This document shows, one piece after another, positions 33,752 to 39,868 of a stretch of 39,868 nt of DNA. The position numbers and the translations under genes are program-made. The notes under the pieces were generated by a model, which was not told the origin of the DNA, did no database searches, and worked only from the letters and a program-made list of their open reading frames with translations. The stretch is from UHGV virus genome UHGV-0231053. One strand, written 5' to 3'. The stretch comes from a virus. Numbering within the stretch: position 1 is the stretch's first letter; each line of letters opens with the position of its first letter.

Positions 33752-34967
33752 TAAGCAAAGGCAGATCATGCGGTTCCCATACACCAGCTACGACGCACTG
33801 ATCTGCGATGGCGCAGTCCGTTCGGGCAAGACCTCCATCATGTCCCTGTCCTTCTTCCTGTGGGCGATGGGAAATTTCAACAACTGTGCATTTGCGTTCT
33901 GTGGGAAATCTGTGGGCGCTGTGGAACGAAACATCGTTGTGCCGCTGCTGTCCGTGGTCTACCTCCGGCAGAATTTCGATATCCGATACAACCGGGGCGA
34001 TCATGTGATCGTTGCCCGGAGGGGGAATCGGGAAAATCGGATTTACCTATTCGGTGGTAAGGACGAGAGCTCGTACACTCTGGTGCAGGGCGTGACGCTG
34101 GCCGGAGTGCTGCTGGACGAAGTGGCCTTGATGCCCCGCTCTTTCGTGGAGCAAGCGCTGGCCAGGTGCTCCGTCAAGGGGAGCAAGCTGTGGTTCAACT
34201 GTAACCCGGAGAATCCCCAGCACTGGTTCCGGCAGGAGTGGATACTGAAACCGGAGAAGCATAACGCTCTCCATCTACATTTCTTGATGGATGATAACCC
34301 GTCTCTGGACGAGGAAACCAAGGCGCGGTATCGCTCCATGTACAGCGGCCTCTTTTACGAGCGGTACATCCTGGGCCGCTGGGTCATGTCTGAGGGCCTG
34401 ATCTATGACATGTTTGACCCGACGGAAAACGTGTATCGAGAGCGGCCTGCCGGGATGTATGACCGTTCTCAGCGCTATATCGCTTGTGACTACGGCACTA
34501 CCAATCCGACGGTGTTTCTGGATATTTATGACGACGGAGAACGCATCCGGGTAGACCGGGAATACCGCTGGGACAGCCGGAAAGAGCGCCGGCAGAAAAC
34601 AGATCAGGAGTATGCCGACGACTTCTTGGAATTCATGGGCGGCACGGATGCCACGGTGCTGGTGGACCCGTCCGCAGCGTCCTTCATTGTGGCGCTGCGG
34701 CAGCGAGGTGTATACGTCCGGGAGGCGGACAATGATGTGCTGGATGGGATACGCAAAACCGGAGTCCTGCTGAACCGACGGGAAATCCTGATCCATGAGC
34801 GGTGCTCCGGCCTGATTGATGAGCTTGGGACTTACTTATGGGACGAAAAGGCGTCCCTGAGAGGTGAGGAGAAGCCGGTCAAGCAGCAGGACCACGGGCC
34901 GGACGCCCTGCGCTATTTTGTGAATGATTTACCTGATTGGAGGTTTGAAGGTGTCCAGACGGCATAA
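33738..34967 (+). CDS. Terminase large subunit (PBSX family)
   Basis: GAVRSGKT Walker A, LLDEVAL, NCNP, CDYG, VDPSA, DHGPDALRY. Confidence 0.95.
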   Translation: MAFSDKQRQIMRFPYTSYDALICDGAVRSGKTSIMSLSFFLWAMGNFNNCAFAFCGKSVGAVERNIVVPLLSVVYLRQNFDIRYNRGDHVIVARRGNRENRIYLFGGKDESSYTLVQGVTLAGVLLDEVALMPRSFVEQALARCSVKGSKLWFNCNPENPQHWFRQEWILKPEKHNALHLHFLMDDNPSLDEETKARYRSMYSGLFYERYILGRWVMSEGLIYDMFDPTENVYRERPAGMYDRSQRYIACDYGTTNPTVFLDIYDDGERIRVDREYRWDSRKERRQKTDQEYADDFLEFMGGTDATVLVDPSAASFIVALRQRGVYVREADNDVLDGIRKTGVLLNRREILIHERCSGLIDELGTYLWDEKASLRGEEKPVKQQDHGPDALRYFVNDLPDWRFEGVQTA

Positions 34968-36387
34968 GACCCGCCCTGCGGGGAATCAACCGAATACAGA
35001 GGCGGTCAGCGTCCAGGACGCGTTCTCCAATCCCCTGTTCCGCCTGGGGTGGGGCAGTCAGTCCCCCTTGGAGGCCACAGAATACCCCTTAACCCGGATG
35101 ACCGACAACTACGCCCTGCTCAATTCGCTTTACCGGGACAACTGGGTGGTGCAGAACGTGGTCGGCCTGATGGTGGATGACATGCTGCGTGAGTGGTACA
35201 AGCTAAAGGGCAGCTATACTCCGGAGGCCCTGGACGCCCTGAGCAAGGTGGAACGGGACACAAGACTGCGGGAACGGATCAACGAGGGCCTGCGCTGGGG
35301 GCGTTTGTATGGCGGCGCTGCCGGTCTCATCATGATCGATGGGCAGGACGACCTCTCCAAGCCCCTGGACATGGATATGATTTACCCTGGCAGCTTCAAG
35401 GGCCTGTACATCCTGGACCGCTGGCAGGGCATCACGCCCAACATGGAGTTGGTCTTTGAGGGGGGAGACCCGGTCCCCGAAAGCTACTCTATCACCGACG
35501 CCCGGGGTCACACGGTGGTCAATGTCCATCACTCGCGGGTAGTTCGGTTCACCGGCCGGGACCTGCCGTTTCTGGAGCGGGTGGCGGAGATGTACTGGGG
35601 CGAGTCCGAGGTGGAGGCCCTGTACAAGGACGTGGTGGCCCATGACAACGTGAGTGCCAACATGGCCGCGCTGACGTTCCAGGCCAATATCAACACCATG
35701 GAAGTCAAGGGACTGGAGCAGCTGTTCTCGATCGGCTCCAGTCAAGCCCAGCGGCGGTTCTGGAATGTGATGCAGGCCCAGAGCGTGCTACGCTCCAACT
35801 TCGGCACGCAGCTTGTGGAACAGGGCAATCAGATCAGGAATACGCAGTACACCTTCACTGGTCTGCAAGAGGTCTACGAGTCCATGTGCCTGAACCTGTG
35901 CGGTGCCTCTCATTACCCTATGACAAAGCTGTTTGGGCGCTCCCCGGCGGGCATGAACGCCACCGGGGAGAGCGACCTGAAAAACTACTACGACTATGTG
36001 GGCAGCCAACGGGAGGCAAAGGTGAGGCCGGTCCTGCAAAAGCTCCTGCCCGTGCTGGCGTTGAGTGCGTGGGGAGAGGCGCCGGATGATCTGGAGGTTA
36101 CCTTCCCGCCACTGTGGACACCCACGGCGACGGAGACAGCGGAGATCGCACTGAAAAAGGCGCAGGCCATTCGGGATACTTTCCAGGCCGGATTGTTCCA
36201 GGCAGACACCGCCATGAAGGAGCTGAAAAAGCTGGAAGAGGAGACCGGAATGTTCGGCAGTATCAGCGACGAGGAAGTAAATGCCGCTGCCGGGAAGAAC
36301 TACCAGGATGTGACAGCCCTGCGGGACCCTCTGATGGGGCTGGGATATGGTGAGATGAATGCCGACACTGAACCGGGCGCCGAATGA
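34951..36387 (+). CDS. Portal protein (DUF1073-like)
   Basis: RLYGGA, HHSRVVRF, WGESE, KLFGRSPAGMNATGESD..NYYD; follows terL. Confidence 0.9.
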   Translation: MSRRHKTRPAGNQPNTEAVSVQDAFSNPLFRLGWGSQSPLEATEYPLTRMTDNYALLNSLYRDNWVVQNVVGLMVDDMLREWYKLKGSYTPEALDALSKVERDTRLRERINEGLRWGRLYGGAAGLIMIDGQDDLSKPLDMDMIYPGSFKGLYILDRWQGITPNMELVFEGGDPVPESYSITDARGHTVVNVHHSRVVRFTGRDLPFLERVAEMYWGESEVEALYKDVVAHDNVSANMAALTFQANINTMEVKGLEQLFSIGSSQAQRRFWNVMQAQSVLRSNFGTQLVEQGNQIRNTQYTFTGLQEVYESMCLNLCGASHYPMTKLFGRSPAGMNATGESDLKNYYDYVGSQREAKVRPVLQKLLPVLALSAWGEAPDDLEVTFPPLWTPTATETAEIALKKAQAIRDTFQAGLFQADTAMKELKKLEEETGMFGSISDEEVNAAAGKNYQDVTALRDPLMGLGYGEMNADTEPGAE

Positions 36388-37528
36388 GCGGGAACAGCAG
36401 AAGCTGATCGAGATTTTCCTCAAAGCGGAAACCGACATCATCAATGAGATCGGGCGGCTCCGGTCCATGGGCAATGTGGATTACCATGCTGTGGCCGCGC
36501 TTGAACGGGTGCAGGCCATTCTCCGCAAGATGGAGTCCGACTCGTGGGAATATGTGCCCCGCATGATCGAGCAGATGTTTTACGTTCGGGTGCCGGAGGC
36601 CCGGCGCATCGCGGGAGAGACCCCGGCCAAGCACTTTATGGGCTATATCAATGCCATGTCGCTCACGGGTGAGCAGACGGCCATTGTGGACACGCTGGTG
36701 CAGAACCTGATGGGGGAGATCACCGATGCGGCCATGACGGCCATGGCGACCGTGCAGAGCGCCGTTGTGGGCCGCACAGAGCCGGATGTGTACCGGCGGG
36801 TGGGGCTGGAGCAGGTGGCCCATATGCAGGCCGCAGGGCGCGGGGCGAACATCACCGTGCCCGGATTTGTGGAGGCCCTGCGGCGGGAGGGCATCACGGC
36901 CTTTGTGGACAGGGCGGGGCGCAACTGGTCTTTACATACCTACTGCTCCATGGTGACCCGCACCACATCCCGGCAGGCGGAAGTGATGGCGGTGCTGACG
37001 GCGGACCCGGAGCAGGACCTGTACCAGATTTCAAGGCACGGCACCACCTGCGGCCTGTGCGCCCCCTATGAGGGCAGGGTGTATTCCAAGAGCGGCGCCG
37101 ACCCGGACTTCCCGCCGCTGGCGGACGCATTTGGGAAAGTGGACCCGGATGGGCCGAACAGTCTGACGAACACCTATCTGAACATCCATCCGAATTGCCT
37201 TCATGTTCTGATCCCGTGGACGCCCATGGGCCGGACGCCGGAGGAAATTCAGAAGATCAGGGATTTTTCCAATCCGGCCAGGAACCCGTACAGCGTGGAC
37301 CCGCGGACCGAGAGACAAATCAAAGCCTACCGGAACAAGGAGGCGGCTCGGCGGAGCTGGCTGGCGGATTACCGCCAGTGGGAGCGGTACCGCATGACGC
37401 TGGGGGACAAGGTGCCCAAGACCTTCGAGACGTTCCAGCGGCACAAAAAAGAGGACGACGCAAAGTACAAGACTTGGATGAAGGAGTACAGGGAGGCAAA
37501 CCGTGAATCTGACACCGACAGCAATTAA
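36359..37528 (+). CDS. Minor capsid / head morphogenesis protein
   Basis: FVDRAGRNW..MVTRT..CAPYEGRVYS..HPNCLH. Confidence 0.85.
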   Translation: MPTLNRAPNEREQQKLIEIFLKAETDIINEIGRLRSMGNVDYHAVAALERVQAILRKMESDSWEYVPRMIEQMFYVRVPEARRIAGETPAKHFMGYINAMSLTGEQTAIVDTLVQNLMGEITDAAMTAMATVQSAVVGRTEPDVYRRVGLEQVAHMQAAGRGANITVPGFVEALRREGITAFVDRAGRNWSLHTYCSMVTRTTSRQAEVMAVLTADPEQDLYQISRHGTTCGLCAPYEGRVYSKSGADPDFPPLADAFGKVDPDGPNSLTNTYLNIHPNCLHVLIPWTPMGRTPEEIQKIRDFSNPARNPYSVDPRTERQIKAYRNKEAARRSWLADYRQWERYRMTLGDKVPKTFETFQRHKKEDDAKYKTWMKEYREANRESDTDSN

Positions 37529-37640
37529 AGCCATTGAGTCCATCCTGTCTAAAGGGGACCGGGCGGAGGTCATTCCGACCAAAGAGGGGCCGAAGGTTAT
37601 AAAAGTCGTCCGAAAAGAAGTGAAATTCGCTTTAAAATAG
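37503..37640 (+). CDS. Small basic protein (45 aa)
   Basis: GGAGG RBS; MNLTPTAIKAIESILSKGDRAEVIPTKEGPKVIKVVRKEVKFALK*. Confidence 0.65.
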   Translation: MNLTPTAIKAIESILSKGDRAEVIPTKEGPKVIKVVRKEVKFALK

Positions 37641-37659
37641 GCTGTGTTTGTGGTATAAT
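37631..37659 (+). promoter_or_regulatory. Promoter for the HNH cassette
   Basis: TTTAAA-17 nt-TATAAT with extended TG. Confidence 0.6.
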
Positions 37660-37663
37660 ATAG

Positions 37664-37750
37664 TTGCTGGCTAGGGTAGCTCCCGAAAAGCGGCCCGCCT
37701 TGCCGCCTGCCAGCAATCCAATATAAGGCGAATTACGAAAGGCGGTAATT
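37664..37750 (+). ncRNA. Structured leader RNA with pseudoknot potential
   Basis: TTGCTGGC/GCCAGCAA closing stem around GGG-TAGCT-CCC and GCGGC-CCGCCTT-GCCGC; loop complementary to downstream AAGGCG(G). Confidence 0.55.
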
Positions 37751-37754
37751 CAAT

Positions 37755-38453
37755 ATGGGAAGGTTTGTTGACCTAACCGGGAAGCGGTTTGGACGCTGGA
37801 CGGTGATTGGGCGTGCAGAAAGCCGAATGTCTGCCGGGAAACCTGTTGTTTTCTGGAAGTGCAAATGCGACTGCGGAACAGAAAGAGATGTTAGCGGCAA
37901 TTCCTTGAGGTGTGGACTTTCCGAATCGTGTGGGTGCTTACATAAAGAAAAAGTAAAGTCCTTATGCGAATCCAGAAGATTAAAAAACAGATTTTTTATA
38001 GATGGAAATGTTGTACACGTCCAGACAAAACAAGGAGAATTTCTTTGTGATAAACAAGATTGGTCCGATTTATCCAAATACTATTGGCAAATCGGAAAAG
38101 ACGGGTACCCAGTTTCTTGTATAAACAAAAAGTTCAAAAAGTTTCATGTTTTGATATTGGATTGTCCGAAAGGATTTGAACGGGATCATATAAACGGAAA
38201 CCGGACTGACAACAGAAGAGAAAATCTTAGGGTTATCCCGGCTAGTGCGAATCGCTTTAATAAAGGAATGAACAGCCGGAATAAAAGTGGGCATACCGGC
38301 GTGTTTTGGTATGAACGGTATAAAAAATATCAAGTTTCAATTAAAGCGAGAGGGAAAACCGTTCATCTTGGGTATTATGAGGACTATGATGAAGCTGTCA
38401 GGGTAAGAGAAGAAGCGGAAATGCAGTATTTTGGAGAATACAGAAGAAAATAA
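37755..38453 (+). CDS. HNH homing endonuclease with AP2 domain (free-standing)
   Basis: DLTGKRFGRW..CKCDCG..SCGC; DHINGNRTDNRRENLR; SGHTGV..HLGYY..A.R..AE; AT-rich. Confidence 0.9.
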   Translation: MGRFVDLTGKRFGRWTVIGRAESRMSAGKPVVFWKCKCDCGTERDVSGNSLRCGLSESCGCLHKEKVKSLCESRRLKNRFFIDGNVVHVQTKQGEFLCDKQDWSDLSKYYWQIGKDGYPVSCINKKFKKFHVLILDCPKGFERDHINGNRTDNRRENLRVIPASANRFNKGMNSRNKSGHTGVFWYERYKKYQVSIKARGKTVHLGYYEDYDEAVRVREEAEMQYFGEYRRK

Positions 38454-38491
38454 ACATCATTCCCGCCTCTAAGCGGTGAGGTGGAAGAGCC

Positions 38492-38533
38492 GAGCGTGGC
38501 TGTCGATCAACATCGACGGTCACGCTCTTTTTT
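38492..38533 (+). terminator. Strong intrinsic terminator (possible attenuator) upstream of the capsid operon
   Basis: GAGCGTGGCTGTCGAT-CAAC-ATCGACGGTCACGCTC followed by TTTTTT. Confidence 0.75.
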
Positions 38534-38550
38534 CGTTTTGAGGTGATTTT

Positions 38551-38769
38551 ATGGATTATCTACAACTCTTACAAAAAGCGCTTGCGGAAGAAATACAGGC
38601 AACAAGGTTATACCTTGCTTGTATGGCGGCTGCTCCACAATCAGATATCCCGGTGTTGCTAGAAATAAACACAGATGAGACAGACCACATTGCGCTCATA
38701 TCTACGCTTATTTCTAATCATACAGGTCAGGATGTGGATTACGAAACTATGGTCCCGGGGGTGGAGTGA
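38551..38769 (+). CDS. Small ferritin-like (two-helix) protein
   Basis: ALAEEIQATRLY..LLEINTDETDH (E..Y, E..DExxH); GAGGTG RBS. Confidence 0.7.
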   Translation: MDYLQLLQKALAEEIQATRLYLACMAAAPQSDIPVLLEINTDETDHIALISTLISNHTGQDVDYETMVPGVE

Positions 38770-39868
38770 TGGCGGTTGCATACTACGGGGACCGGATATC
38801 GCCTCACATGACGGACACGCCAGAGGGCTTTTTAATCTGTCACGATGTCCCCATTGCCCGGACAGGGCCGCAGGACTATCTGGCCCGGGAGATGATGCTG
38901 GATGGAGACCCGGAGCGGATCGTGACGGTCCAGCGGCACCCGGAGGACGTGTTCGAGGCGGCCACCCTGGCCTCCTTTGAGGGAAAGCCAGTCACCGACG
39001 GCCATCCCCCAGAGAATGTGGGGCCGGAGAACTATTCGGCGTACACGAAAGGACACGTCCAGAACGTCCGCCGGTCCGGGGACTACATCGTGGCGGACCT
39101 GTATATCAACGACGCCAACCTGGCGGAGGAAGTCCGGAACAACGTCAAGCGGGAAGTCTCCTGCGGGTATCTCTGCAGCTATGTGCCGGACGGAGCCGGA
39201 TACCGGCAGAGCAACATTCGCGGCAATCACGTGGCCGTCGTGCCGAAAGGCCGGGCGGGGGCCGCGGTTGCAATACAAGACACCGCCCCGGAGGCGGAGA
39301 AAGGTGGAAACAAACACATGAACGAATTCTGGAAGTCTGTCCTCCACGCCTTTGGAATGGCGGCGAAGGACGCCAGCCCGGAAGAGCTGGACAAGATGGT
39401 GGAGACCACGGCTACCGCGCTGGACGCTGAGCCCGCTGAAAAGGCGCAGGAAGCGGAACCCGCGGAGAGCAAGACCGCCGAAGATGAAATGGTCGAGAAG
39501 GCCCCCAAGGGCGACGACCTGGGCAGCAAGCTGGACCGGATCATTTCCATGCTGGAGGCCAAGAGCCGCGGCGGCGAGGGCGAGCACCGGCTTCACGACG
39601 AGAGCGACATTGACGAGGAGATCAAGCGCCTGCTGGGCAAGGAAGAGGAGGGCAAGTCCATCACCATCCCTGTGGAGAATGACGCCTGTATGGACGATGC
39701 CACCAAGGACGCCGCTGTGGCTGTCCTGCGGAAAGTTCGCCCCGCTGTGGCCGCTATTGAGGACAAGCACGCCCGGGCGAAGGTCACCGATGCCCTGCTG
39801 TCCGCCGTGCGTGGCAAGGACGTGATGGGTGAGATCGCCAAGGCCGCGCAGGACAGCGCAAGGGCCGC
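38769..39868 (+). CDS. DUF2213 head maturation protease/scaffold (continues at position 1)
   Basis: Manual translation MAVAYYGDRISPHMTDTPEGFLICHDVPIARTG..GKPVTDGHP..REVSCGY..NHVAVVPKGRAG, then an acidic scaffold-like region; absent from the ORF track because its stop lies across the junction. Confidence 0.9.
   Translation, partial: MAVAYYGDRISPHMTDTPEGFLICHDVPIARTGPQDYLAREMMLDGDPERIVTVQRHPEDVFEAATLASFEGKPVTDGHPPENVGPENYSAYTKGHVQNVRRSGDYIVADLYINDANLAEEVRNNVKREVSCGYLCSYVPDGAGYRQSNIRGNHVAVVPKGRAGAAVAIQDTAPEAEKGGNKHMNEFWKSVLHAFGMAAKDASPEELDKMVETTATALDAEPAEKAQEAEPAESKTAEDEMVEKAPKGDDLGSKLDRIISMLEAKSRGGEGEHRLHDESDIDEEIKRLLGKEEEGKSITIPVENDACMDDATKDAAVAVLRKVRPAVAAIEDKHARAKVTDALLSAVRGKDVMGEIAKAAQDSARA

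Larger units (their letters stand above)
1..39868. mobile_element. Temperate myovirus-type phage genome, apparently complete and circular (excised or virion form)
   Basis: All modules present (packaging, head, contractile tail, lysis, integration, immunity, replication); reading frame continues across the end-to-start junction; intact attP; no host housekeeping genes seen. Confidence 0.93.

Noticed and set aside
34951..36387. Anti-CBASS Acb1 label sometimes attached to DUF1073 proteins
   Set aside because: Position after terL and portal motifs throughout; no additional 2H-phosphoesterase domain seen
37640..38460. Group I intron around the HNH gene
   Set aside because: Flanking ORFs are complete with their own starts and stops, and I could not identify the P3-P7 core; treated as a free-standing endonuclease

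Overview
The window looks like a complete, circularly permuted ~39.9 kb temperate phage genome from a GC-rich Firmicute (probably Clostridia/Oscillospiraceae-like; the host is inferred). The DUF2213 head gene starting at 38769 runs off the right end and continues in frame at position 1 to a stop at 95-97. An intact attP (tmRNA/tRNA-Ala-type 3' end flanked by arm repeats) lies between the endolysin and the integrase. Gene order: head (decoration, DUF2184 major capsid, connectors), PBSX/Xkd-type contractile tail and baseplate, tail fibre, lysis, attP and tyrosine integrase, lysogeny module (SAP-domain protein, ImmA-like protease, repressor, Cro), early and replication genes (3D-domain protein, Gp157, Sak, SSB, initiator, helicase, RusA-like, PAPS-reductase family), a mosaic array of small genes, terminase, portal, minor capsid, an HNH/AP2 endonuclease insertion and a small ferritin-like gene. 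The most unusual signals are non-coding: a 60-nt D-armless tRNA-like element in a structured leader before terminase, a pseudoknot-capable leader on the HNH gene, a terminator/antiterminator before the capsid operon, a structured insert in the head operon, a self-contained antisense moron next to the tape measure gene, face-to-face switch promoters and a LexA-box-controlled ImmA. All protein calls come from motif recognition and synteny, not database searches.
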